Below are positions 16,862 through 26,495 of a DNA stretch of 64,000 bases, piece by piece. The stretch is from Nanobdellota archaeon (lineage in GTDB: Archaea > Nanobdellota > Nanobdellia > Pacearchaeales > GW2011-AR1). How positions within the stretch are numbered: position 1 is the first letter of the stretch; each line of letters opens with the position of its first letter. Under the pieces are notes generated by a model that saw only the letters and a list, made by a program, of their open reading frames with translations, ran no database searches and was not told where the DNA came from. Location: positions 58,547-122,546 of the forward strand of contig JBBTAC010000002.1 in assembly GCA_038044405.1 (NCBI GenBank). Direction: 5' to 3'. Position numbers and translations under genes: made by a program.

Positions 16862-19543
16862 TTGATGAAAGAGAAAAAAGGTGAAGCACATCATTTTGTA
16901 AAATGGTTCTCAGAATTAAGCAATAAAGATGTGGCAATTGGCGGAGGCAAGGGCGCCAGTTTAGCAGAGATGTATAATAATAAATTCCCTATTCCTCCTG
17001 GTTTTATAATCACTGCCCAAGCTTATCAGCACCTTCTAGAAAAAGCAAGCTTGCATGATAGAATGAATTCTCTTTTAAATAAATTAAATGTAGATAATAC
17101 TTCAGAGCTTAACAAAATTTCTAAAGAAGTAAGAGAATTAATTTCAGGAGCAAAAATGCCGGAGGATTTAGAAGAAGCAATATTAGAAGCATACGCTATT
17201 TTAGACGTGGACAAGCAAAGACTTTCAGGAGCGACTTCAAGTGCATTAGATATATTAAGAAAAAGTCATGAACCGCCATTTGTTGCAGTTCGTTCAAGTG
17301 CTACAACAGAAGATTTAGAAAGCGCAAGTTTCGCAGGCCAGCAGGAAAGTTTCCTAAATGTAAAAGGCAATCATAATTTAATACAAAAAGTAAAAGAATG
17401 TTTCGCTTCTTTATTCACAGCCCGTGCAGTTTATTATAGAACTAAAAAAGGATTTCCACACGACAAATCATATCTAGCAGTTGTCGTTCAGAAGATGATA
17501 AATTCCGATAAGTCCGGAGTTATTTTCTCCAAGAATCCAGTATCTAGCAACGATAATATTGTAATAGAAGCTGTTTTTGGATTAGGAGAAGGAATTGTTT
17601 CAGGTCAAATAAAGCCAGACCATTATGAAATTTCTTCAGATTTATCAGATTTCAAAATTTTAGAAACAAGTGTAGTTAACAAAGAAATAGCTATTGTTAG
17701 AGATTCAGCAGGAAACAACAAGACTGTAAAATTAAGAGAAGAAAAAAGCAAACAGCAAGTTTTGAGCAATTATGAAATAAAAAGATTAGCTCAATACTCC
17801 AAAGAGCTTGAAAGTCATTATGGTAAACCTCAAGATATAGAATTTGCAATAGAGATGCCTGAGATCTATATTGTTCAATCAAGACCAATTACAACAGTAT
17901 TCTCAAAAAGAGCAGATATCGATATTAAAGGAGAGCTTCTTCTTACAGGATTAGGCGCATCCCCAGGAATTGCATCAGGAGAAGTAAGAATAGTTCATAC
18001 AATGGCAGACTTAAGTAAAGTCCAGCAAGGAGATATTCTAGTTACAAAAATGACAAATCCAGATATGGTTGTCTCAATGCAGAAAGCATCTGCAATAGTT
18101 ACGGATGAAGGCGGGGTTACTTCACACGCATCTATTGTTAGCCGTGAAATGGGAATTCCAGCAGTTGTCGGAACTAATGAAGCAACTAAAAAACTCAAAG
18201 ATGGAGAAATGGTCACAGTAGATGGAAATGCCGGAAAAGTTTATTCAGGAAAAACAGAAACAAAATTATCAGAAGTAAAACCAGTAGTCAAAACAAAAAC
18301 AAAAATTAAAGTTATTGTAGATTTGCCAAATTTTGCAGAAAGAGCATCAAAGTCAGGAGTAGATGGAGTGGGATTAGTTAGACTAGAAGGCATAATAGCA
18401 GGCTCTGGAAAACATCCTTTATGGTTTGTTAAAGAAAAAAAGATGGATGATTACATCACAGTGTTAGTAGAAGGTCTTGCAAAAATAGTTGAACCATTTA
18501 AAGAAATATGGATTAGAACATCAGACATAAGAACAGACGAATTCAGAAATTTAAAAGGCGCTGTAGCAGAAGTAGAAGGCAATCCAATGCTTGGAGATCA
18601 TGGAATTAGGTTCAGTCTAAAACATCCAGAAATAATGAAAGCAGAATTAACAGCAATGAAAGAGATAGCTGAAAAATTCCCTCATAAACATATAGGAATA
18701 ATGATGCCTCAAGTTATCAATGTTCTAGAATTAAGAAAAACAAAAGAGATAGCTGAAAAAGTAGGCATGCCTAAAAATATAAAGATTGGAATTATGGTTG
18801 AAACACCAGCAGCTGTTCAAATTATTAATTCTCTTTGTGAAGAAGGAATAAAGTTTATCAGCTTCGGTTCAAACGATTTAACACAATATACTCTAGCTAT
18901 AGATAGAAATAATTCAGAAGTTCAATATCTATACAATGAAATGGATCCAGCTGTTTTAAACTCAATTGCTTATGTTATAGGAAGATGCAAAAAATATGGT
19001 GTGGAAACAAGTATTTGCGGTCAAGCAGGCAGTCGTGAAGACATGGCAAAATTCTTGATTTCTCAAGGAATTGACAGCATTTCTGTAAATGCTGACGCAG
19101 CCCATAATATCAGCCAACTAGTCGCTAAATTAGAAGCTGACATATATAAAGAAAATGAAGAATATATGAAAGAAGAAGTCGATAACAAACAAAATATTAC
19201 AATATTAGAAACAAGCACTATTTTAGAAACAAAGCAGGATATTATTGTTCCAATGCAACCAGTAATTATGGAAGCACAAAATTCAGAGTTGTCCAATAAA
19301 GATGTAGAAGATGCAGCTCTGGAAGAATTAGGAGAAGACGAGCAAGAGCAGGATTATCAGCCAGGCAGTATGGATAAAGGCAGTAATATCCCTCCTTTAA
19401 ATGACGCAATTCCAGTAGAATCAGAGCATTTGGAAGAAAATAAAAAAGAAGAAATAATAGAATTTTCAGAAAAAAAAGAAGAAACAATAGACGCTAAAGA
19501 TACAAATAAAGAAACTAGCAAGGAAAATAATCAATCTCAATAG
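16862..19543 (+). CDS. ppsA: Phosphoenolpyruvate synthase (PEP-utilizing enzyme family), with a ~120-aa acidic low-complexity C-terminal tail
   Basis: PPDK/PEPS N-terminal nucleotide-binding domain. Phosphohistidine mobile domain GGVTSHASIVSREMGIPAVVG. C-terminal TIM-barrel PEP domain. Confidence 0.8.
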   Translation: MMKEKKGEAHHFVKWFSELSNKDVAIGGGKGASLAEMYNNKFPIPPGFIITAQAYQHLLEKASLHDRMNSLLNKLNVDNTSELNKISKEVRELISGAKMPEDLEEAILEAYAILDVDKQRLSGATSSALDILRKSHEPPFVAVRSSATTEDLESASFAGQQESFLNVKGNHNLIQKVKECFASLFTARAVYYRTKKGFPHDKSYLAVVVQKMINSDKSGVIFSKNPVSSNDNIVIEAVFGLGEGIVSGQIKPDHYEISSDLSDFKILETSVVNKEIAIVRDSAGNNKTVKLREEKSKQQVLSNYEIKRLAQYSKELESHYGKPQDIEFAIEMPEIYIVQSRPITTVFSKRADIDIKGELLLTGLGASPGIASGEVRIVHTMADLSKVQQGDILVTKMTNPDMVVSMQKASAIVTDEGGVTSHASIVSREMGIPAVVGTNEATKKLKDGEMVTVDGNAGKVYSGKTETKLSEVKPVVKTKTKIKVIVDLPNFAERASKSGVDGVGLVRLEGIIAGSGKHPLWFVKEKKMDDYITVLVEGLAKIVEPFKEIWIRTSDIRTDEFRNLKGAVAEVEGNPMLGDHGIRFSLKHPEIMKAELTAMKEIAEKFPHKHIGIMMPQVINVLELRKTKEIAEKVGMPKNIKIGIMVETPAAVQIINSLCEEGIKFISFGSNDLTQYTLAIDRNNSEVQYLYNEMDPAVLNSIAYVIGRCKKYGVETSICGQAGSREDMAKFLISQGIDSISVNADAAHNISQLVAKLEADIYKENEEYMKEEVDNKQNITILETSTILETKQDIIVPMQPVIMEAQNSELSNKDVEDAALEELGEDEQEQDYQPGSMDKGSNIPPLNDAIPVESEHLEENKKEEIIEFSEKKEETIDAKDTNKETSKENNQSQ

Positions 19544-19601
19544 ATATTGTTACTTTTTACAAGTAATAACATACCGAAAGATTTAAATACTCTTTTTATT
19601 T

Positions 19602-20399
19602 ATGAAAAATATGACAAACTTAGAAGATTTCGTTAAGTACACAAAAGAAGGAGAAGAAATAGGTAAACTAGCAGAGACTAAAGAAAAAGATTCTCGAGCT
19701 GGCGAAAGAGATAAAGCAGATAAAGAGATAAGAAAAAGAGCTTATGAAACATTAAAAGACATAGGCAGTCCAGGAATAGATTTTAATACAGAAACTCCAG
19801 ATACGATATCTGAAGATTATGTCAATGTAGGAATAAATACCAGAATTGGAATGAACAGACAAGATTCTGCAAGAACATTAACAAGCAATACTGATGATAT
19901 TTTAAATTTAGTTAAACAAGAATCTTTAGAACAAATAGCCCTTGCAGAACCAATACAAAAAGCAGATATTAAAGGATATGATGAAGTTCTAAATCTATAT
20001 AATGAATACTTAGGAACAAAGCAACTAGTTGAAAAATATAAAGCTGGTCAAATTAATGATCCAAGAGAAATGCAAGAAATAAGATCAGGCGGAGTAAAGA
20101 AAGCTGAAAGAGAAATAAGGGCGAAATTAAAAAATGCAGGATATAGTAAAGATTTGCAGGATTTAGGAGCAAATATAGCAAAGATAGCAGCCCGAGATGG
20201 TCAAATTAGTAAAAATTATGTTGATGAAGGCGCAGACGATTTAATTAAAGATGCAGAAAGTAAATTCAGAGATTATGAAACAACTAAAGGCAAGAAAATT
20301 ACAGATTACGTTAAAGAAAGTATAAAGAATCTTGTAAAAGGAAATACTCAAGAGTTTGAAACAGCAAGAAGTCTTGTTTATCAAATTGCTAGAGGATAA
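19602..20399 (+). CDS. Hypothetical protein, first gene of a 4-gene coupled operon
   Basis: 265-aa charged protein. Its stop abuts the next ATG. Confidence 0.3.
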   Translation: MKNMTNLEDFVKYTKEGEEIGKLAETKEKDSRAGERDKADKEIRKRAYETLKDIGSPGIDFNTETPDTISEDYVNVGINTRIGMNRQDSARTLTSNTDDILNLVKQESLEQIALAEPIQKADIKGYDEVLNLYNEYLGTKQLVEKYKAGQINDPREMQEIRSGGVKKAEREIRAKLKNAGYSKDLQDLGANIAKIAARDGQISKNYVDEGADDLIKDAESKFRDYETTKGKKITDYVKESIKNLVKGNTQEFETARSLVYQIARG

Positions 20400-20900
20400 A
20401 TGAAAAACGCAACAAAATTACTTGAATTAGGAATATTAGGCTCTTGTCTATATTTATCAGGGTGCGAAGACCCTATTCCACAAAGAGTAAAAATGCATCA
20501 GAGTGGCCAGATAGTTGAAGAAGATAAACATCGCACAGAAAATGATATCTCATCAAAAGTAGAGGAAGTAGAAATGGAAGTTACAGATGTCCAATTAGGA
20601 CAGATTGGTTATTACTTCGGTTCTAACGAATCGGGAGTTGCTCTAAATCACCCATTTCAATATGTTATAGGAAAAGGAAATGATAATAAAGACCACATTT
20701 TTATTTATCCAATTTCAACTCCAATTTTAAGAAAACACGTTTCTTTCAAATCAAATCCCTTATCAAGAGGAGCTATTAGTGTTAATAATTTTCTTAAGGA
20801 TTACGTAAGAATAGATGTAAGACTTACAAGTTTAAATTATGATATTCCAGCAGAAGGTGTTATCCAGATTGGAAGTCTTGCTTACAGGGAGAAAAAATGA
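20400..20900 (+). CDS. Hypothetical lipoprotein-like or secreted protein
   Basis: N-terminal LGILGSCLYLSGCEDP, a signal with Cys. Confidence 0.3.
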   Translation: MKNATKLLELGILGSCLYLSGCEDPIPQRVKMHQSGQIVEEDKHRTENDISSKVEEVEMEVTDVQLGQIGYYFGSNESGVALNHPFQYVIGKGNDNKDHIFIYPISTPILRKHVSFKSNPLSRGAISVNNFLKDYVRIDVRLTSLNYDIPAEGVIQIGSLAYREKK

Positions 20901-21208
20901 AAACACTAAAAGAAATATTAGGGGTACCGATTATAGCCTGTTTAGCAGGATATATATCAAGCGCATTAATATCTTCATATAAATCTGAACCTAAAGCAAT
21001 AGAGTTTAGAGATATGGATGAAGACGGAAAAGATGACCTAGTAATTTCAACAAAAGAAGATGAAGCAGCTTACGTTTTCTTAGAAAGAGATGGAAAATAT
21101 GTTAAATTTGATCAAGATTATTCTCCAGTAAAAGAAGAAAATAAAGAATTTACAATAATGGTTGAAGATAATATTGCTAAGCTAAGAGGCTTAAGGATGG
21201 AGCGATAA
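20897..21208 (+). CDS. Hypothetical membrane-anchored protein
   Basis: N-terminal TM segment, overlapping neighbours on both sides. Confidence 0.3.
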   Translation: MKTLKEILGVPIIACLAGYISSALISSYKSEPKAIEFRDMDEDGKDDLVISTKEDEAAYVFLERDGKYVKFDQDYSPVKEENKEFTIMVEDNIAKLRGLRMER

Positions 21209-21495
21209 TGTCAATAGAAAGAGCCTGCGTTAATTGTGGAAGATGCCATTATTATGGAAAAAGATATATGCCTGATAATAAAGATAGCTATTCAGATGAG
21301 AGGTTATATTCTGCTAGAAATGAAGCAATGATAGCATTAGAACATGTAGCCGATAAAATACCTCTCAATAAAGATGGAATAAATCTAAATGCTTTAGCAA
21401 ATAGTGCTCTTCAAGCATGTTTATCATGTGACTATTCATCCCCAAAGATTGTAGAAGTAGTTGAAAATTTAACTAATCCTGAAAAAAAGGAATAA
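21208..21495 (+). CDS. Hypothetical Cys-rich small protein
   Basis: CVNCGRCHYY and CLSCDY motifs. Confidence 0.3.
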   Translation: MSIERACVNCGRCHYYGKRYMPDNKDSYSDERLYSARNEAMIALEHVADKIPLNKDGINLNALANSALQACLSCDYSSPKIVEVVENLTNPEKKE

Positions 21496-21581
21496 AATCC
21501 TAATTCTAATATGTTATTAATAACATAATTTATGTTACAAATAACAGAAAAATATATAAACTAAGTTGTTTATTCTAAAAT

Positions 21582-21971
21582 ATGCCATCCATAGAAGAGC
21601 ATCAAAAAATAGTTAAAGAATTAATAGAAGATATAGAAGAAAAAATTAGATTAGGTGTAGTAGTACAAAGACAGAAAATAATAGGATTCTGCGTTTCAGA
21701 AGCATCAACAAATCTCTTTGCAATTTTTCTTCATAAAAACAAGCTCATCAATGCTGGATTTCAGGTAAATCATAATTTTTTTGCTTCAGAAAAAAGAGCT
21801 GAAAATACATTCCAATCAAATTTCAAAAATAAAGAAGAAATTCTTCAGACATTAGTAAGCATAGAAGAATTGCGTAATAGACTATGTTACGGAAGAGATA
21901 AGGAAGCCAAAGAAGTAAACGAGGCGATTGAACTTCTATTTAAATTAAAAAGATTATTGGAGGAAAATTAA
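21582..21971 (+). CDS. Hypothetical helical protein, possible HEPN-like partner of the downstream NTase
   Basis: Translationally coupled to 21973..22581. No clean Rx4-6H motif, so the HEPN assignment is uncertain. Confidence 0.3.
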   Translation: MPSIEEHQKIVKELIEDIEEKIRLGVVVQRQKIIGFCVSEASTNLFAIFLHKNKLINAGFQVNHNFFASEKRAENTFQSNFKNKEEILQTLVSIEELRNRLCYGRDKEAKEVNEAIELLFKLKRLLEEN

Positions 21972-21972
21972 G

Positions 21973-22581
21973 ATGCTGGAATATATTTATGACTTTTTAT
22001 CAATTTTTTTTGATAAATTAAAAAATAAAGAAAAAATTAAATTCATTATTTTATTCGGAAGTTTCGCAAGAGGAAATCCTAGAAGAGATTCAGACATAGA
22101 CATTTTTATAGGTGTGGAAGAAAAAAATAAGATTGAAATAGATAAGATTGTAAAAGAGTCTTTGAATGAATTTGAGTTAAGAGCAGAAAATACATGGAAA
22201 TTAAGAGGTATAACAAATCCTATTGTTCCAATAGTCGACAATATAGACAAAGAGCAATGGAAAGAACTTAAACGAGAAATTAAATCATATGGAATAATAT
22301 TATATGAAAAATCTATTTTAAAAGAAGGAGAAAAGAAGGAGAAAATGCTAATCTCGTACGATATCTCAAAATTAAAACAAAAAGATAAGATGAAAGTTAT
22401 TAGAGAACTTTTCGGTTATCAAATAAAAAGAGAAAATAAAGTATATAAGCAAATCGGTTTAATAGAAGAATTAAAAGCCGATAAATTATCTAATGTAATA
22501 ATATCTGATAGGGCTAGTTATAAAAAAGTAACAGATTTTTTAAGAAATAAAAAAGTTAATTATAAGATTATAAAAATATAA
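21973..22581 (+). CDS. Nucleotidyltransferase-domain protein (MNT-like)
   Basis: ILFGSFARGNPRRDSDIDIFI motif. Confidence 0.55.
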   Translation: MLEYIYDFLSIFFDKLKNKEKIKFIILFGSFARGNPRRDSDIDIFIGVEEKNKIEIDKIVKESLNEFELRAENTWKLRGITNPIVPIVDNIDKEQWKELKREIKSYGIILYEKSILKEGEKKEKMLISYDISKLKQKDKMKVIRELFGYQIKRENKVYKQIGLIEELKADKLSNVIISDRASYKKVTDFLRNKKVNYKIIKI

Positions 22582-22589
22582 AAGAATAA

Positions 22590-23462
22590 TTATTTCTTAT
22601 CTGCATTTTTAGCATCTAAAATTCTATCAATTATTTTAGTCATTTCAAGCAAAAAGACTTCAGCTCGTTTTTGCCATTTATCTATTTCGTCGCCTTTAAT
22701 TTCATGAATATCTCCATGCATTATTCCTTTATGTAAAACATAAATTTCTCTTAATTCTCTGACAAATTCTATTTTCATTAAATTGTTATCGACAAAAGTA
22801 GTTTTCATCATTTGTGGAATATTCTCAGGGCTCGGAGGCAATTTGCTAGCGGTTATTAGTGCTGCTTGTGCAGCATCCATCATTGTCCAATAAACTCCTT
22901 CTATAGAGCCTAATATTGCAATTCTACTCCTAGCTAGATGTGCTGGCGCTCTTTGTAAAGCCATGTAAACTGCTTCAGGTGTCGAGCGCATCCTTCCTTG
23001 TAATAAAAGCGATTTTAATGGATTGAAAAATCCGCCAGAGTCAATTAACGCCTCACCATATCTTAGTATATTTATAACAACAGGATCGCCCTGAACTAAA
23101 TCCTGCCACCATGTAGTTAGTTTTATTGTATTAATATGCAAATCTTTCGCGTATCTTTGCACAGCAATTAATTTTCCAAGTTCTTCTCTATACCATGCAA
23201 TCAATTCGTTATCCCAATTTATCGAAGCATCATCAATAATTAAAATAACATCAATATCAGAACCAGGGCGTGATGAATTTGTAGCTTGAGAGCCAAATAA
23301 AACAGATGCCTTAATCATTCTATCAAACTTTTTATGAACTTTTTCTGCAAAATCCATTGCTATATCTTTTTCATTAATTAATTTGCTTTTTTCTAGAGGA
23401 AGTTTCTTCATAACCTTGAGTTTTTTTCTATTTCCATCTTCATCTCTCTTTTTTTCACCCAT
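22590..23462 (-). CDS. Nucleotidyltransferase-domain protein, paralog of 12732..14519
   Basis: VLFGSQATNSSRPGSDIDVILIID NTase motif. The shared C-terminal module YMALQRAPAHLARS.../ITASKLPPSPENIPQ matches 12732..14519. Confidence 0.5.
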   Translation of the reverse strand: MGEKKRDEDGNRKKLKVMKKLPLEKSKLINEKDIAMDFAEKVHKKFDRMIKASVLFGSQATNSSRPGSDIDVILIIDDASINWDNELIAWYREELGKLIAVQRYAKDLHINTIKLTTWWQDLVQGDPVVINILRYGEALIDSGGFFNPLKSLLLQGRMRSTPEAVYMALQRAPAHLARSRIAILGSIEGVYWTMMDAAQAALITASKLPPSPENIPQMMKTTFVDNNLMKIEFVRELREIYVLHKGIMHGDIHEIKGDEIDKWQKRAEVFLLEMTKIIDRILDAKNADKK

Positions 23463-23485
23463 AAAAAATACAATGTTTATTACTA

Positions 23486-23610
23486 TTTAAATCTTTAACT
23501 TTCTTCAGGAAGTTAAACGAGTTAAAGATGATTAATTCTTTAAATCTTTAATTTTAGAAAAATTAAACGAGTTAAAAATATCAATTTTTTAAATCTTTAA
23601 CTTTTTCTTG
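23486..23610. repeat. About 2.5 tandem copies of a ~50-bp direct repeat in a divergent intergenic region
   Basis: ttaaatctttaa(c/t)tt recurs at 23486, 23538 and 23588. ttaaacgagttaaa recurs at 23511 and 23561. Confidence 0.5.
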
Positions 23611-23704
23611 AGCAATTATTCAGATAGAAGGTTTTAAAAGACTAAGAATTATGATATTAATAACATAATCCCGGGTGATCCTTTAGGTTGCCCGATGAAA
23701 AATA

Positions 23705-24268
23705 ATGGAAAAAGCAGTGTTCTTTATAGATAGAGGTTATCTTTCTTTTATCTCAAAATATTTTGGTAAGGGCAAACCATTAAGAAACAAAATAGAGAAA
23801 TTTGCTAAAAATATTGCTAATACTAAGAGTTTAGAAATTGAAGAGATTTATTTTTATACAGCACCGCCATATAAAAGTCCAATACAGACTACTGAAGAGA
23901 ACAAGAGACGCGCTAATTACGACAATTTCATTAAAAAATTAAAAGAAGTATCAAACCCAAAAATAAATATAAGAGAAGGGAGAGTACAAAAAGTTGAAGG
24001 AGGATTTCAACAAAAAGGTGTAGATACATTGTTTACTATGGATTTATTTAAGATTTCACAAAAGAGTAAAATTCAGAATTTAATAATATTAACTTCAGAT
24101 ACAGACTTCGTGCCAATTATTGAAGAAATAAGAAGAGATTTTCGTGTTAAAGTTATATTGGCCTATTTTACAGATAAAAAAAGAAAATCTGCTTTTTCTT
24201 TGTCAAATCACCTATGGAATATCTGTGACGACAAAATATTTATTAAAAAGGAATATTTTGAGGATTAA
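23705..24268 (+). CDS. NYN-domain (LabA/Limkain-like) putative RNase
   Basis: VFFIDRGYL...KGVDTLFTMD...ILTSDTDFVP gives the characteristic acidic motifs in order. Confidence 0.55.
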   Translation: MEKAVFFIDRGYLSFISKYFGKGKPLRNKIEKFAKNIANTKSLEIEEIYFYTAPPYKSPIQTTEENKRRANYDNFIKKLKEVSNPKINIREGRVQKVEGGFQQKGVDTLFTMDLFKISQKSKIQNLIILTSDTDFVPIIEEIRRDFRVKVILAYFTDKKRKSAFSLSNHLWNICDDKIFIKKEYFED

Positions 24269-26113
24269 TTATTCAATCGGCGCGCCAGAAACCCTGCTTC
24301 GTCCTGCCATCTGTCCGCCCAATTCAACAGGCAAATTAGAAAACCCGCTTCCATATAGGGAATGATGAATTGGCGGATTAATAGCTCCCTGCCCTGCAGA
24401 ATACTGTCCTGTCAATCCAGCTGTCTGATTCCAATAAGGTGCTTCTCCCCCATAGACAGAAGAGCCAAAAGCACTCAATGTTTCTCTAAAAGGAGTTGTC
24501 TTAAATGGCTCAAACCAATCTCCTGTTTCAACTATTTTTTTAACTTGTTTGTTATATTGACTTATCAAGTCAAGCATTTTCTTAGTCGGTACATTACCCA
24601 TCCCCATAGGTAATTCAGTATGCTCTAAACCAAAATTATCTGATAAATGAACGTGTTTTACATATGGCGCTATTTTCTTTGTCTGTTCAACTATATCTTT
24701 TTCACCATAACCATGTCCTCTCAACATATTAATATGCCCAACGTCCCAGGTAACTCCAATTAATTTTTCAGCTCTATCCTTTGCTTCTGATTTTGACATC
24801 CCTAATTTTTCGCTAGCTTCCCTAACAAATTTCGCTCTAGCATTATCTACAATATCTCTTAAATCTTCAGCCCTTGCAAGCCCCATTCCAACAGGAGGAT
24901 TTTCAATGCTTATAATAGGCGCGCTTCCTTTATATTTTTTATAGGCGTCTAAAGCAACATTAGCAAATGTTGTAGATGCCTTATCAACAGCCCATTCTCT
25001 TAAAGGCCTTAACAATCTTGGAGCATTAATATCTTTTAAAACTTGTATGCCTTTTTGCAATTCATCAGCAAGAGCATCTATCTTCGTAGGATCTTCTATA
25101 TACTTTAATTTTGGCGCTATCTCTTCTCTAAATCGATTTAATTTTTCCAAGTCTTCCTTTGCACCGCCTCTTTGAGCCGCATCAAAAGCATTGTTATAAA
25201 TCTCCTGAAATTGCTGATATGCTCTCCTGAAATTTAAATCAGAGAAAGTTATTCCATTCATAGTATTATTTATAGTGCTAGTTTCAATGCCTTCTTGTTT
25301 AAGAACTTCCATTATTTTTTTACCCTCATCTGTTCCGAGTTTCCCATATAAATCCAATAAATTTTTACCCTCATCTGATTTTTTAATTAGTTCTAACTGC
25401 TCAATACCTCTTCTTATATTGAAGTTAATAGAATCTAATTGTTCAAGCCAATTATTTTTATTTTCTTTTTCTAAATAAGTCTTAGGATCTTTCTTCTCTT
25501 CTCCAAAAAAATGACTTATTTTAGGAGCAATATTTCCAAACTGCCCTTTATATTCATCAACAACTAAAAAACTTGAAATTTCTTCTTCACCTTTTTCATT
25601 TATTATTTTCTTTTCCGGCTCTGGCAAACCATTGCTCGAATGAAATGTAACAACTAAATTTCCCCTTGGGTCAAGCTCATGACTCCTATCAATTGCACTT
25701 ATCATTTGCTTTTCAGCCTCTATTCTATTTGATTCTGTCCATCCCTGCCCCTGAAATCCAGTTGCCTCAACCAAAGGTCCATGAAATGTCAAATCAACAC
25801 CAGTCAATTTTCTTAATCTCTCTATTTCCTTAAACTGTTGTTTAGGAATTTTGTCCATTAATCCCATCGGACCTCTTCCCCCTAAACTAACTCCAGAAAC
25901 TTCTATTGTCTTTGTTCCAGTCGATATCTTTTGAGAAACAGCCTGCAATTGATTAGCTAATCTCGGGTCAGAAGGAAATCCAAATTGTCCTGCAGGAATT
26001 CTGTAATCATTTCCTAAAAATGATTCCCCATAATTTTCATTAAGACCATAAGCCGCATTAAATCCAGAACCCAAACCATATCTTTTAGGATTAAAATCAT
26101 CAATATCAGCCAT
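24269..26113 (-). CDS. Xylose-isomerase-like TIM-barrel protein (AP-endonuclease-2 fold), split by a ~250-aa charged insertion and ending in a G/S/Y-rich tail
   Basis: N-terminal LTFHGPL. C-terminal TWDVGHINML...KHVHLSDNFGLEHTELPMGMGNVP gives the D-x-GH / HxH-D metal ligands. Abuts NYN on the opposite strand. Confidence 0.45.
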   Translation of the reverse strand: MADIDDFNPKRYGLGSGFNAAYGLNENYGESFLGNDYRIPAGQFGFPSDPRLANQLQAVSQKISTGTKTIEVSGVSLGGRGPMGLMDKIPKQQFKEIERLRKLTGVDLTFHGPLVEATGFQGQGWTESNRIEAEKQMISAIDRSHELDPRGNLVVTFHSSNGLPEPEKKIINEKGEEEISSFLVVDEYKGQFGNIAPKISHFFGEEKKDPKTYLEKENKNNWLEQLDSINFNIRRGIEQLELIKKSDEGKNLLDLYGKLGTDEGKKIMEVLKQEGIETSTINNTMNGITFSDLNFRRAYQQFQEIYNNAFDAAQRGGAKEDLEKLNRFREEIAPKLKYIEDPTKIDALADELQKGIQVLKDINAPRLLRPLREWAVDKASTTFANVALDAYKKYKGSAPIISIENPPVGMGLARAEDLRDIVDNARAKFVREASEKLGMSKSEAKDRAEKLIGVTWDVGHINMLRGHGYGEKDIVEQTKKIAPYVKHVHLSDNFGLEHTELPMGMGNVPTKKMLDLISQYNKQVKKIVETGDWFEPFKTTPFRETLSAFGSSVYGGEAPYWNQTAGLTGQYSAGQGAINPPIHHSLYGSGFSNLPVELGGQMAGRSRVSGAPIE

Positions 26114-26198
26114 ATTATATTCTAGTCAACGATTTATTTAAATCTATCTCGTCTTAAATATAAGTTAATATTATAAATAATTAGAACTTCTTTATCTT

Positions 26199-26495
26199 AT
26201 GGATTATCTATTCGAAATAATTGATAAAAATAAGAAGCTCATCAGACTCACAAATAAGCAACATTCTCATATAATGGATCAACATCCTTATATGCATAAG
26301 TATATGGAAGAAATTAAAGAGGCATTACAAAAGCCGGACAAAATAACTTCTTATTCTATTGATGAAAATGTTCTATATTTCTATAAAGGTTACAAGCACT
26401 TAGATAAACCAAACAAATATGTACTTGTAATAGTAAAATACTTAAACGGAGAAGGATATATTATCTCAGCATATTTAGAGACTAGAATAAGATGA
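26199..26495 (+). CDS. Small protein, possibly the DUF4258-like partner of DUF2283
   Basis: Translationally coupled (ATGA) to the downstream DUF2283-like gene. Confidence 0.3.
   Translation: MDYLFEIIDKNKKLIRLTNKQHSHIMDQHPYMHKYMEEIKEALQKPDKITSYSIDENVLYFYKGYKHLDKPNKYVLVIVKYLNGEGYIISAYLETRIR

Noticed and set aside
17026-19487. Minus-strand ORFs (17026..17214, 17697..17888, 17995..18216, 19063..19296, 19266..19487) inside ppsA
   Set aside because: Antisense to a conserved enzyme gene with no motifs. They are artefacts of the six-frame translation.
23486-23610. Possible CRISPR array
   Set aside because: There are only 2-3 degenerate ~50-bp units with no unique spacers of regular length and no cas genes nearby. 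It is interpreted as tandem regulatory repeats or a minisatellite instead.
24144-25478. Plus-strand ORFs 24144..24365, 24362..24613 and 25275..25478 overlapping the NYN gene end and the 614-aa minus-strand gene
   Set aside because: They overlap better-supported genes on the opposite strand. They have no motifs and have Cys/Ser/Leu-rich reverse-frame composition.
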